Positions 1-9,005 of a DNA stretch of 64,000 nucleotides are shown in pieces. The position numbers and the translations under genes were made by a program. Under the pieces are notes generated by a model. That model was not told where the DNA came from and did no database searches. It was given only the letters and a program-made list of their open reading frames with translations. Position 1 is the stretch's first letter, and each line of letters starts with the position of its first letter. Source of the DNA: an uncultured beta proteobacterium (lineage in GTDB: Bacteria; Pseudomonadota; Gammaproteobacteria; Burkholderiales; SG8-39); NCBI GenBank assembly GCA_963719995.1, contig CAVRDW010000003.1, forward strand, positions 90,876 to 154,875. The letters run 5' to 3'.

Positions 1-1686
1 CTGGCACTCATTCTCCTCGCCCTCGCGCTGCCGGCGGCGGCGCAGGAGCGGGTGGTCGACTACCACAGCGACATCCTCATCGCGCGCGACGGCTCGCTCA
101 CGGTCACCGAGCGCATCGACGTGCAGGTCGAGGGACGCGAGATCAAGCGCGGCATCCTGCGCGAATTTCCCACCGACTATCGCGACCGCGCGGGCGCGCG
201 CTCTACGGTGCCCTTCGAGGTGGTGGCCGTGAGGCGCAACGAGCACCCGGAGATGTGGCGCGAGGAGCGCCTCTCGAACGGGGTGCGCGTGCGCATCGGC
301 AACGCCGCGGTGATGCTGCCTCCCGGGCGGCACGTCTACGAGATCACCTACCGCACTGCGCGTCAGCTCGGCTTCTTCGAGAAGCACGATGAGCTCTACT
401 GGAACGTGAACGGCAACGGCTGGACCTTCAGCATGGACCGCATCAGCGCGGACGTGACGCTGCCCGCCGCGGTGCCCGCGGAGAAGCTCCAGCTCGAGGC
501 CTACACCGGTCCGCAGGGCGCGCGCGGCCGCGACTACGAGGCGCAAGCGCGCGACGGCGGCGCGAGCTTTCACACCACGCGCGGCCTTCCCGCCTACCAG
601 GGGCTCACCATCGTGGTGGCCTTTCCCAAGGGCATCGTCTCGAAGCCGGGAACGCTCAAGCGCCTCGGCTGGTGGCTCAGCGACAACAAGGGCGCGGGGG
701 CGGGGATCGGCTCGCTCGTCATCCTGTTCGCGTTCCTGTGGTGGCGCTGGCACCTCGTGGGGCGCGACCCGCGCGCCGGGCCGGCATTCCCGCGCTACGT
801 GGCGCCGCCCGGGCTGGGGCCCGCGGGCGTGCGCTTCATCAACCGCATGCGCTACGACACCAAATGCCTCACGGCGGGGCTGGTGGGCCTGGGCGCGCGC
901 GGCTTCCTCAAGATCCGGCAGGCGGGCGACGCCTACCTCATCGAGCGCACGGGCAACGAGCCCGGCGAGTGGTTCCCGGGCGAGCGGCCGCTCGCTGCGC
1001 TCATGCCCGGCAAGCCCGGCACGCCCGTGGCGCTCGCCAAGGCACACAACCCGGCGGTGCAGACCGTCTCCGGGATGGTCGAGCGCGAGCTCAACGTGCT
1101 CTACGGGGAGAAGCTCTTCTCCCGCAATCGCGGCTCGCACGCCGCCGGCGTGGGCATCGCCGCGCTCGGGGTCGCCGCGATGGTGGTGACGGACACGCCC
1201 GCATCGCTGCTGATCCCGGTGATCGTCCTGATGTTCGTGGTGCTGGCCGTCTTCGGAAAGCTCCTTCCCGCCTACAGCGTAGAGGGCCGCAAGCTGCAGG
1301 ACGCGATCGTGGGGCTGCGCCAGTACCTGAGCATCGCCGAGAAGGACGATCTCGCGCGCCTCAAGGCGCCGCCGCAGACCGCCGAGGAGTTCACCCGGTT
1401 CCTGCCCTACGCGGTGGCGCTCGACGTGGAGGACGCGTGGACCAGCCGCTTCACCGCGATCCTCGGTGCGGCGGCCGTGGCCGCGGCGGCGGGCGCGTTC
1501 TATTCCTCGGCCAACGGCTCGGGGTTCTCGGGGAGCGGCTTTGCCAACTCGATCGGCAGCCTGAGCGACACCGTGAGCGCGGCATCCACGCCGCCCGGCT
1601 CGAGCTCCGGTGGCTCGGGCGGCGGGGGCGGTGGCGGTGGCGGCTCGGGCGGTGGCGGGGGCGGCGGCGGAGGCAGCGGGTGGTGA
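1..1686 (+). CDS. DUF2207-family membrane protein, 5'-truncated by the window edge
   Basis: Frame is open from base 1 (LALILLALALPAAAQERVVDY, signal-peptide-like). It has the ELYWNVNGNGW motif, TM segments, FLPYAVAL and a Gly/Ser tail ending GGGSGW, typical of DUF2207. Confidence 0.85.
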   Translation: MALILLALALPAAAQERVVDYHSDILIARDGSLTVTERIDVQVEGREIKRGILREFPTDYRDRAGARSTVPFEVVAVRRNEHPEMWREERLSNGVRVRIGNAAVMLPPGRHVYEITYRTARQLGFFEKHDELYWNVNGNGWTFSMDRISADVTLPAAVPAEKLQLEAYTGPQGARGRDYEAQARDGGASFHTTRGLPAYQGLTIVVAFPKGIVSKPGTLKRLGWWLSDNKGAGAGIGSLVILFAFLWWRWHLVGRDPRAGPAFPRYVAPPGLGPAGVRFINRMRYDTKCLTAGLVGLGARGFLKIRQAGDAYLIERTGNEPGEWFPGERPLAALMPGKPGTPVALAKAHNPAVQTVSGMVERELNVLYGEKLFSRNRGSHAAGVGIAALGVAAMVVTDTPASLLIPVIVLMFVVLAVFGKLLPAYSVEGRKLQDAIVGLRQYLSIAEKDDLARLKAPPQTAEEFTRFLPYAVALDVEDAWTSRFTAILGAAAVAAAAGAFYSSANGSGFSGSGFANSIGSLSDTVSAASTPPGSSSGGSGGGGGGGGGSGGGGGGGGGSGW

Positions 1687-2078
1687 TCCGCATTCCGGAG
1701 AACGAGATCGAGCTCGTCGCGGTGCGCGCGCAGGGCGCGGGCGGCCAGAACGTCAACAAGGTATCCAACGCCGTGCACCTGCGGTTCGACGTGCGCGCCT
1801 CTTCGCTTCCCGAGGACATCAAGCACCGCCTGCTCCACCGCGGCGACAAGCGCATTACACGCACGGGTGTCGTCGTCATCAAGGCGCAGCAGCACCGCAG
1901 CCTCGAGATGAATCGCGTCGAGGCCCTCACGCGCCTGCAGGCGCTCGTGGAGGCTGCTGCCTTCGTGCCGAAGCACCGCAAGCCTACCCGCCCGACGCGC
2001 GCCTCGAAGGAGCGCCGCATCGAAGGCAAGCTGCGGCGCTCGAAGATCAAGGCCCTGCGCGGGCGCGTACGGGACTGA
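1683..2078 (+). CDS. arfB: Alternative ribosome-rescue peptidyl-tRNA hydrolase ArfB
   Basis: GTG start overlaps the upstream TGA (GTGA). It has RAQGAGGQNVNKVS with the GGQ motif and a basic C-terminal tail RKPTRPTRASKERR. Confidence 0.93.
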   Translation: MIRIPENEIELVAVRAQGAGGQNVNKVSNAVHLRFDVRASSLPEDIKHRLLHRGDKRITRTGVVVIKAQQHRSLEMNRVEALTRLQALVEAAAFVPKHRKPTRPTRASKERRIEGKLRRSKIKALRGRVRD

Positions 2079-2079
2079 T

Positions 2080-2136
2080 AATTGGGGTCAGGGCCGAATT
2101 TTTTCCGCCACGGTAAATTCGGCCCTGACCCCAATT
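2080..2136. repeat. REP-like inverted repeat pair (AATTGGGGTCAGGGCCGAATTT ... AAATTCGGCCCTGACCCCAATT)
   Basis: Perfect ~22-bp inverted repeat with a short spacer. The same unit recurs at ~4.7, 5.2 and 12.5 kb. Confidence 0.9.
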
Positions 2137-2155
2137 TTCGCAGTAGGATTTCTGC

Positions 2156-2731
2156 ATGGACCGAGCCGCTGAACGAAAGAAGGAAATCGCCGCCGCCGTC
2201 GGCGACATCCGCGAAATCGAACGTCGCGAGGGCGTGACGCGCGCGAGCCTGCAGAAGATCAAGGCGCGCCTCATCAAGCTCGCGGCGCGCAGCGACCTGT
2301 TCGACCCGAAGGACTACCCGCCGCCCGCGCCCGGGCAGAAGCTGCGCTCGTGCCTGTACCGCCTGTCGGAGGACGCCGACCACCGCTTCGCGCTCTACGC
2401 CAACGCGTCCATCGGCGGCTACGGCACGCCCGCGCACAACCACACCACCTGGGCGGTGATCGTGGGCGTGACGGGCGAGGAGCTGAACAAGTTCTACGAC
2501 CGCGACGCGAACAGCGGCGTGCGCGAGAAGGGCCACGACGTGGTGCGCCAGGGCACGGGCGTGGCCTTCATGCCCGAGGATCTGCACTCGATCCACATCG
2601 AGGCGCCGCTGCTCAACTTCCACATGTACGGCCTCGCGCTCGAGCAGCTGCACAAGCGCGAGTTCTACAAGGAGAAGGAAGCGCGCTGGGATATCTTCCC
2701 CGCGCACTCCGACATCCGCGAAGCGCGATAG
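2156..2731 (+). CDS. Cysteine/thiol dioxygenase-like cupin protein
   Basis: TPAHNHTTWAVIVG and DLHSIH metal-binding histidines, plus HMYG. Confidence 0.8.
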   Translation: MDRAAERKKEIAAAVGDIREIERREGVTRASLQKIKARLIKLAARSDLFDPKDYPPPAPGQKLRSCLYRLSEDADHRFALYANASIGGYGTPAHNHTTWAVIVGVTGEELNKFYDRDANSGVREKGHDVVRQGTGVAFMPEDLHSIHIEAPLLNFHMYGLALEQLHKREFYKEKEARWDIFPAHSDIREAR

Positions 2732-3084
2732 GGAAGCTCTGAACAAGTCCCGCGTGCGCGACGGTGGCGATTTTCGTGCAGGGCGAGACAGCGGACGCCG
2801 CCGTGTACTTGACGTCCACAAGGCGGCCGATGGCGATGCCATGCAGGAAAACTCGCCCCGTCCCTTCAGGCGGCGAGGCCGCCCAGCGAGCGCACAAGGA
2901 AGAGGCCTCGCCGCCTTCGGGTTGCGGCCGGAAGTCCGGGGCAAATGGCTTACGATAGCGCGATGACACGGGCTCCGGCGTTGTTGCTCGGCCTTGCGAT
3001 ATCGACATATCGCTGCGGCCGCGCGCCTAGCCGGCGCCGCGTTCCGGCCGCAACGCGCCACCGCGCGACTTGTTCAGAGCTTCC
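2732..3084. mobile_element. Non-autonomous IS5-like element (MITE), copy 1, 353 bp
   Basis: Perfect 18-bp terminal inverted repeats GGAAGCTCTGAACAAGTC/GACTTGTTCAGAGCTTCC. Flanks ATAG/CTGG are degenerate CTAG. Interior is homologous to 7553-7974. No transposase. Confidence 0.8.
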
Positions 3085-3087
3085 CTG

Positions 3088-4708
3088 GTGAAACCGGCTG
3101 AGCTGCGCGAGCGCCTGGTCGCGGGCGCGGAGCTGGCCCTGCTCGACGTGCGCGAGCAGGGCGTGCACACCAAGGGCCACCCGTTCTTCGCCTCGTCGCT
3201 GCCGCTCTCGCGCCTCGAGCTGATGGTGCTCGACCTCGTGCCGCGCTCCAGCGCGCCGCTCGTGCTGCTCGACGGCGGCGGCGAGGGGCTCGCCGAGCGC
3301 GCGCAGGGGAAGCTGGCGCAGCTCGGCTACACCGACATCCACATCCTCGAAGGCGGCTGCGCCGCGTGGAAGGCCACGGGCGGCGAGCTGTTCAGCGGCG
3401 TGAACGTGCCCTCCAAGGCCTTCGGCGAGTTCGTCGAGCACCGCTTCGAGACGCCGCGCATCCCGCCCGCGGAGCTCAAGCGCCTCAAGGACTCCGGCCG
3501 CAAGCTGGTGATCCTCGATTCGCGCCCGTGGGAGGAGTACCACCGCATGAGCATCCCGGGCGGCATCGACGCGCCGGGCGCGGAGCTCGTCTACCGCGTG
3601 CACGACCTCGCCGACCCCGAGACGCTGGTGGTCGTCAACTGCGCCGGGCGCACGCGCAGCATCATCGGCTGCCAGTCGCTGCGCAACGCGGGCGCTCGAA
3701 GCGACGTCGTGGCGCTGAAGGACGGCACCATGGGCTGGGAGCTCGCGGGCTACGAGTGCGAGCACGGCTCGGAGCGCGTGGCGCCGGAGCCCTCGCCCGA
3801 CGGGACGCAAGAAGGCGCGCGAGGCGGCGGCGCAGGTCGCCAAGCGCTTCGGCGTCAAGTTCACGACCTTCGCGCGCACCATGACCTGGCGCGCGGAATC
3901 CATGCGCACCACGTACCTGCTCGATGTGCGCACGCGCGCCGAGTTCGAGGCGGGGCGCGTCCCGGGCAGCGTGCACGCGCCCGGCGGGCAGCTGGTGCAG
4001 GCCACCGACGAGTTCGTGGCGGTGAGGAACGCGCGCCTGGTGCTCGTCGACCCCGAGCGCGTGCGCTCGGTGATGACCGCCTCGTGGCTGAACCAGATGG
4101 GCTGGGACGACGTGCACGTGCTCGAGCCCGAGGGCGAGTTCGGCCTGGGCGACATCACGATTGCGCGCGGGCCCCGCGCCCCGCGCATCCCGGCGTATCC
4201 CGACTGGCCGACCGTGCGCGCGGAAGAGATCGCCCGCGCACGAGAAGGCGCGAGCCAAAGGGTCTCGGCGAGCCCGCGCGAGGATGTCGCGGTGATCGAT
4301 CTGTCCACCAGCCTGCGCTTTCGGCGCAAGCACATTCCAGGCGCGTGGTGGGCGGTGCGCGCACGGCTGGCCGGCGCGCGCGAGAAGGCGGGCGCGGCCG
4401 CGCAGGTGGTGCTGACGTCCGACGATGGCCTGCTCGCGCGTTTCGCGGCGCCCGAGGCGGCGGCGCTGTGGCCCGAGGCGCAGGTGAAGGTGCTCGAGGG
4501 CGGCAACGCGGCGTGGTTCGCGGCGGGACTGCCCGCGGAGACGGGCATTGCGCGCGCGACCACGGCGCTGGATGACGTCTGGTACAAGCCCTACGACCAC
4601 GAGCACGAATCCGACTACGAGAAGCACGCCCGCGCCTACCTCGACTGGGAAGTCGCGCTCGTCGACCAGATCAAGCGCGACCCGGCGATCCGCTTCCGGG
4701 CCTATTAA
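3088..4708 (+). CDS. Multi-domain (4x) rhodanese sulfurtransferase, frameshifted near 3800-3820
   Basis: Repeated LLDVRE/ILDSRP/LLDVRT/VIDLS rhodanese domains and a CAGRTRS active loop. Split across ORFs 3070..4575 and 3881..4708. Confidence 0.85.
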
Positions 4709-4782
4709 AATCGGGGTTACCCCTAAAATCGGGGTCAGGGCCGAATTTTTCTTGCGAGCGAAAATTCGGCCCTGACCCCAAT
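4707..4782. repeat. REP-like inverted repeat with an extra degenerate 5' half
   Basis: AAAATCGGGGTTACCCC-T-AAAATCGGGGTCAGGGCCGAATTT ... AAAATTCGGCCCTGACCCCAAT. Confidence 0.88.
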
Positions 4783-4784
4783 CT

Positions 4785-5156
4785 ATGCCGCGCCGCGTCC
4801 TCGAAGAGAACCGCATCCACCCGGAGATCCGCGACCGGATCGCCAATTACCGCAACGACATCGTGCTGGAGGTCGAGGCGGCGGTGGCGGAAAACGACAT
4901 CGTCATCGTCGGCATGCGCTACAACCCCTGGCCGAAGAAGGCGTGCAAGATGCTCGACGACGCGGAGTTCCGTTATAAGTACCTCGAATACGGCAGCTAC
5001 CTGCGCGAGTGGCGCCGGCGCCTCGCGCTCAAGATGTGGGCCGGCTGGCCCACCTTCCCGATGGTCTTCGTCAAGGGCGTGCTGGTGGGCGGGGCGACGG
5101 ACCTCGAGAAGCTGATCGCCAGCGGCGACCTGAAGGAAATGATCGAAGGCGTCTGA
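4785..5156 (+). CDS. Glutaredoxin-like protein lacking a CxxC/CGFS site
   Basis: WPTFPMVFVKGVLVGG glutaredoxin signature. Confidence 0.8.
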   Translation: MPRRVLEENRIHPEIRDRIANYRNDIVLEVEAAVAENDIVIVGMRYNPWPKKACKMLDDAEFRYKYLEYGSYLREWRRRLALKMWAGWPTFPMVFVKGVLVGGATDLEKLIASGDLKEMIEGV

Positions 5157-5270
5157 AATTGGGGTCAGACCCGAAAATTGGGGTCAGGGCCGAATTTCCG
5201 CTCGCAAGGGAAATCCGGCCCTGACCCCAATTTTCTCGCGCAGCGGAAATTCGGCCCTGACCCCAATTTT
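5156..5270. repeat. Cluster of REP-like units (two forward, one of them partial, and two inverted)
   Basis: GGGGTCAGACCCG, GGGGTCAGGGCCGAATT, then CGGCCCTGACCCCAATT twice. It fills the whole gap between convergent stop codons. Confidence 0.9.
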
Positions 5271-5866
5271 CAGAGCAGTTGCAGTTGCTGGAACCGGACG
5301 TAGAGCTCCCGGCAGATCCAGGCGTCGGTCGCGGCGTAGGTCATCTGCTGCGCCGAGAGGTGGCGCGCCGCCCAGTTGGTGGTCTTCGCGCCCTTGGTGA
5401 TGCGCGCGCCGAGGAAGATCCCTGCGAGGTTGCGCACGCCGGTCTGCTTCAGGCCGTGGCGCTTCGCCACGTGGCCGAGGTCCGTCACCGCCGCCGGCTC
5501 GAACGCGAAGAGGCCCTGCAGCTGCCGCAGGTCCTCGGCGAGCGCCACGCCCGCCTTGACGATCGCCTTTTCCGCGAGCATCTCGCCGAGCGTTGCCGAG
5601 AAATCCAGCCGCTGCAGCGGGAAGAGGTACACCGCGCGCGCGGTCGCCACTTGCGCCAGCGCAGGCGGATGGCTCTCGCCCTTCCTGAAAGCCGGCCGCG
5701 TCTCGGTATCGAAGCCGATCGTCGGCTCCTGGAAGATGTCGGCGGCGGCGCGCTCGAGCGCCTGCGCGGTCTCGATGAGCTGGATCTCGCCCTCGTAGCG
5801 GCGGATCGGCAGCGCGAGCATCGCCTCGCGGGAAATCTCGCGCAGCAGGTCGGGAGGCAGGGCCAT
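5270..5866 (-). CDS. DnaQ-like (WRN/RNase D-type) 3'-5' exonuclease
   Basis: IGFDTET (ExoI), EDL (ExoII) and NW...YAATDAW (ExoIII). Confidence 0.9.
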   Translation of the reverse strand: MALPPDLLREISREAMLALPIRRYEGEIQLIETAQALERAAADIFQEPTIGFDTETRPAFRKGESHPPALAQVATARAVYLFPLQRLDFSATLGEMLAEKAIVKAGVALAEDLRQLQGLFAFEPAAVTDLGHVAKRHGLKQTGVRNLAGIFLGARITKGAKTTNWAARHLSAQQMTYAATDAWICRELYVRFQQLQLL

Positions 5867-5916
5867 GGGGGCCCGATGATAAGCGCGTTTGCGGGGCTTG
5901 GATTAGTCTTGGGCTG

Positions 5917-6540
5917 ATGACCGGCAGATCCGGCAAACGGCCTGGCACGTGGATCGCGGCCTGCGCGGCCGCCCTCGCGCTGCTGCACGCGGGCGCGGGC
6001 CTCGCCGCGGACAACGCGGCGCACAAGCGCAAGCCGCCGGAGAAGAAGTGGCAGATGCTGGAAGGCTGCCACTACCAGGCGCGCGAGGCGAACGACGGCG
6101 ACAGCTTCGGCCTGCAGTGCGCCAGCCGCAAGTTCGTCCTGCGCCTTTATTTCGTGGATACGCCGGAGGCGAACCTGCAATACGGCGAGCGCGTGCGCGA
6201 GCAGGCGCAGCACTTCGGCACGACGCTCGACGAGACGCTGAACGCGGGCTACCGCGCGCGCGACCTCGTGCGCCACATGCTCGGCGGCACGTTCGTCGTG
6301 CAGACCAGAAGGGCGAGCGCGCCCGGCCGCAGCAGCGAGCCGCGCTTCTACGGGCTCGTCCACGTGAGCGGCCGCTACCTGCATGAAGTCCTGCTCGCTG
6401 AAGGACTGGCGCGCGTGAAAGGCGTTACCAGCGCGCTGCCGGATGGCACGCCGTCGCGCGACTACCTGAAGAGGCTGCGGGCGCTGGAGAACCAGGCACG
6501 CGTCGAGCGCAAGGGCGCCTGGGCGAGGTCGAGCAAGTAG
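5917..6540 (+). CDS. Secreted thermonuclease (SNase-like) family protein
   Basis: Signal peptide, DGDSF, LRLYFVDTPE, LLAEGLARV and a KGAW terminus. Confidence 0.82.
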   Translation: MTGRSGKRPGTWIAACAAALALLHAGAGLAADNAAHKRKPPEKKWQMLEGCHYQAREANDGDSFGLQCASRKFVLRLYFVDTPEANLQYGERVREQAQHFGTTLDETLNAGYRARDLVRHMLGGTFVVQTRRASAPGRSSEPRFYGLVHVSGRYLHEVLLAEGLARVKGVTSALPDGTPSRDYLKRLRALENQARVERKGAWARSSK

Positions 6541-6545
6541 CGGCG

Positions 6546-6971
6546 ATGGCGCCAGGCGCAGCGAACCATGGCGCAGCGAGGGCGGGCGCGGCCAAGCCGG
6601 GTCCGACGAGGAAGGCCGCAGCCAAAGGCAGCCCGAGGAAGCGGCGCCCGGCGAAGCACCGTCACCATGTCTACGTGATCGAGCTCGATCCGTTCGTGCT
6701 CAACTTCGCGCGCTTCCGCAACGCCAATCCCAACCGCGACATGCTCAAGCCCTGCGTGTACGTGGGCATGACCGGCCTCACGCCCGAGCAGCGCTTCGCC
6801 AAGCACAAGGCCGGCATCCGCGCGAACTCCTACGTGCAGCGCTTCGGGCTGCGGCTGTTGCCGAAGCTCTATGCCTACGCCAACCCCATGCCCTACGAGG
6901 CGGCGCGCGAGATGGAAGTGGAGCTCGCCATCGCGCTGCAGGAAGAGGGCTACGCCGTATGGCAGGCGTAA
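6546..6971 (+). CDS. GIY-YIG-like nuclease-domain protein
   Basis: HVYVIEL...VYVGMT...QRFAKH...E pattern of the GIY-YIG fold, with a basic N-terminal tail. Confidence 0.65.
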   Translation: MAPGAANHGAARAGAAKPGPTRKAAAKGSPRKRRPAKHRHHVYVIELDPFVLNFARFRNANPNRDMLKPCVYVGMTGLTPEQRFAKHKAGIRANSYVQRFGLRLLPKLYAYANPMPYEAAREMEVELAIALQEEGYAVWQA

Positions 6972-7552
6972 CGGGACTCGCGGCAGGCGCCGGCGGCGGC
7001 GCGCCATCCGGCGAAAGCGCTGGCGCACGGGTAAAGCGCCTCGTGCTCGACACCAACGTCTGGCTCGACTGGCTGGTGTTCGACGAGCCCACGCTCGCGC
7101 CGCTGCGCGCGGCGCAGGCGGCCGGGCGCGTGGAGATCGTGATGGACGAGGCCTGCGAAGCGGAGCTCGCGCGCGTGCTCGCCTACGACTTGGGCAAGCA
7201 CACGATCGGCGCCGAGGCGCAGGCCGCGTGCATCGCGCGCTGCCGCAGAGTCGCGAAGCGAGTCGACGTGATTGCAAACGCAGCCGCGAGCGCAACCATT
7301 GGCGCAACCGCAGGCGCAACCGCAGGCGCAACCGCAGGCGCGACCGCAGGCGCAACCGAGATCGCGGAAGCGTCGGCAGCGACTGTTGCGGCGCTCCCGC
7401 GATGCAGCGATCCGGACGACCAGAAGTTCCTCGAGCTCGCGCGGGTGGCGCAAGCGGACGTGCTCGTGACCAAGGACCAGGCGCTGCTGGACCTGGCCCG
7501 GCGCAAGCTCCCATTTCGCATCGCGGCGCCTCAAGCGCTCGGAGCGCTCTAG
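6959..7552 (+). CDS. PIN-domain protein (putative TA toxin component family); start uncertain
   Basis: LVLDTNVW...E...CSDPDDQKFLELA...VTKDQALL PIN acidic motifs. Confidence 0.8.
   Translation: MAGVTGLAAGAGGGAPSGESAGARVKRLVLDTNVWLDWLVFDEPTLAPLRAAQAAGRVEIVMDEACEAELARVLAYDLGKHTIGAEAQAACIARCRRVAKRVDVIANAAASATIGATAGATAGATAGATAGATEIAEASAATVAALPRCSDPDDQKFLELARVAQADVLVTKDQALLDLARRKLPFRIAAPQALGAL
7289..7360 (+). repeat. In-frame 12-bp tandem repeat (GGCGCAACCGCA, about 6 units) encoding (GATA)n inside the PIN gene
   Basis: Three exact units at 7301-7336 plus three variant units. Confidence 0.9.
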
Positions 7553-7974
7553 GGAGCCTCTGATTTATTCCCGCGTGCGCGACGGTGGCGATTTTCGTGC
7601 AGGGCGAGACAGCGGACGCCGCCGTGTACTGGACGTCCACAAGGCGGCCGATGGCGATGCCATGCGCGAAACCCGCAGGCGCTTGCGCCTGCGGGCGTCG
7701 CGTGGCGCCCGGAAGGAGCGCAGCCGCAAGCGGCTGCGCTGTCGCCCGCGTCCCTCCAGGCGGCGAGGCCGCGAGACGAGGGTTCACGGCAAAGGCCTCG
7801 CCGCCCTCGGGTTGCGGCCGGAAGCCCTCGACGGTTGGCTTACGATAGCGCGATGACACGGGCGCCGGCGTTGTTGCTCAACCTTGCGATATCGACCTAT
7901 CGCTGCGGCCTCGCGCCTAGCCGGCGCCGCGTTCCGGCCGCAACGCGCCACCGCGCGAATAGATCAGAGGCTCC
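7553..7974. mobile_element. Non-autonomous IS5-like element (MITE), copy 2, 422 bp
   Basis: TIRs GGAGCCTCTGATTTATTC/GAATAGATCAGAGGCTCC with a CTAG direct repeat on both sides (7549-7552, 7975-7978). Colinear with copy 1 plus an insert of ~70 bp. Confidence 0.85.
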
Positions 7975-7977
7975 CTA

Positions 7978-8391
7978 GTGCCGATCCGCCCCGATCTGCT
8001 GGTCGCATACAAGAAGGCGCTCTACGTGGTCTATGGCGCGCCGGAGCTCGTGATCCGCGTCGGCGAGCCGAACGCGACGCTCGATGAGCTGCTGGACGCC
8101 GACGGCCTGGACACGGCGGCCTACCTCACCGCGGCAAACCCGGGCGGAGAGCTGCAAGGCAAGACGGAGAACGAGCTCTCCTGCGCGGCGCTGCACCAGG
8201 GGCTCGCCGACGCGGGCTACATCTGCTATCTCGGCGAGGGCCGCGACCCCGAGGGCGACTGGCCCGCCGAGCCGAGCATCCTCGCGCTCGGCATCACACG
8301 CCACGAGGCGATGGTGATCGGGCGCTCCTACGAGCAGAACGCCATCGTCTTCATCGAGCGCGGCAAGGCGCCGGAGCTCGTGGTCTTGTGA
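7978..8391 (+). CDS. DUF3293-family protein
   Basis: AY...YLTAANP...W.AEPS...GRSYEQNAIV pattern. Confidence 0.75.
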   Translation: MPIRPDLLVAYKKALYVVYGAPELVIRVGEPNATLDELLDADGLDTAAYLTAANPGGELQGKTENELSCAALHQGLADAGYICYLGEGRDPEGDWPAEPSILALGITRHEAMVIGRSYEQNAIVFIERGKAPELVVL

Positions 8392-8428
8392 ACGGCCCTG
8401 GCGTCCCCAGCTAGATAAGGTGATCCGG

Positions 8429-8965
8429 ATGAAGACGCGAACCAGTCCGGGCCTGCTGTTCGATGCGCTCGCCTTCGCGGCGCACAAGCACCGGGCGCAG
8501 CGCCGCAAGGACAAGGAAGCCTCGCCCTACATCAACCATCCCATCGCGCTCGCCGACCTGCTGGCGAACGAGGGCGGGGTGGAGGACCCGGTCACGCTCT
8601 GCGCAGCCCTCCTGCACGACACCGTCGAGGACACCGAGACCACCTACGCCGAGCTGCGCCGCCTGTTCGGCCGGGCGATTGCGGACGTGGTGCTGGAAGT
8701 CACCGACGACAAGAGCCTGGACAAAGCGGTGCGCAAGGAGCTCCAGGTGAAGCACGCGCCGCAGCTGTCGCAGCGCGCGAAGCTCGTCAAGCTCGCCGAC
8801 AAGGTCTGCAACCTGCGCGACATGGCCACGAACCCGCCGGCGGCCTGGTCGCGCAAGAGGCGACGCGAGTACTACGAGTGGGCGAAGCGCGTGATCGACG
8901 GGCTGCGCGGCGCGCACCCCGGCCTGGAGCGCCTCTTCGATCGGGCGTACGCCAAGCGCAGGTAG
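8429..8965 (+). CDS. Stand-alone HD-domain (p)ppGpp-hydrolase-like protein (Mesh1/SAH type)
   Basis: FAAHKH.AQRRK...PYINHP...LHDTVEDT...VKLADK. Confidence 0.88.
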   Translation: MKTRTSPGLLFDALAFAAHKHRAQRRKDKEASPYINHPIALADLLANEGGVEDPVTLCAALLHDTVEDTETTYAELRRLFGRAIADVVLEVTDDKSLDKAVRKELQVKHAPQLSQRAKLVKLADKVCNLRDMATNPPAAWSRKRRREYYEWAKRVIDGLRGAHPGLERLFDRAYAKRR

Positions 8966-9005
8966 GGCCGGCACGCGGGCCAGCGCGCGGACGCGCCTTC
9001 CCGCA

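Noticed and set aside
1590-1686. GGC-rich low-complexity tract
   Set aside because: It encodes the normal poly-Gly tail of DUF2207 proteins.
2754-2966. Small ORFs repeated at 2754/2764 and 7575/7585 (MRDGGDF..., MAIFVQGE...)
   Set aside because: They are translations of the MITE interior, with no RBS, no motif and an insertion in copy 2. Not a transposase or a protein family.
5156-5270. Possible mini CRISPR array
   Set aside because: Units occur in both orientations with short, uneven spacers and no cas genes. It fits REP-like repeats.
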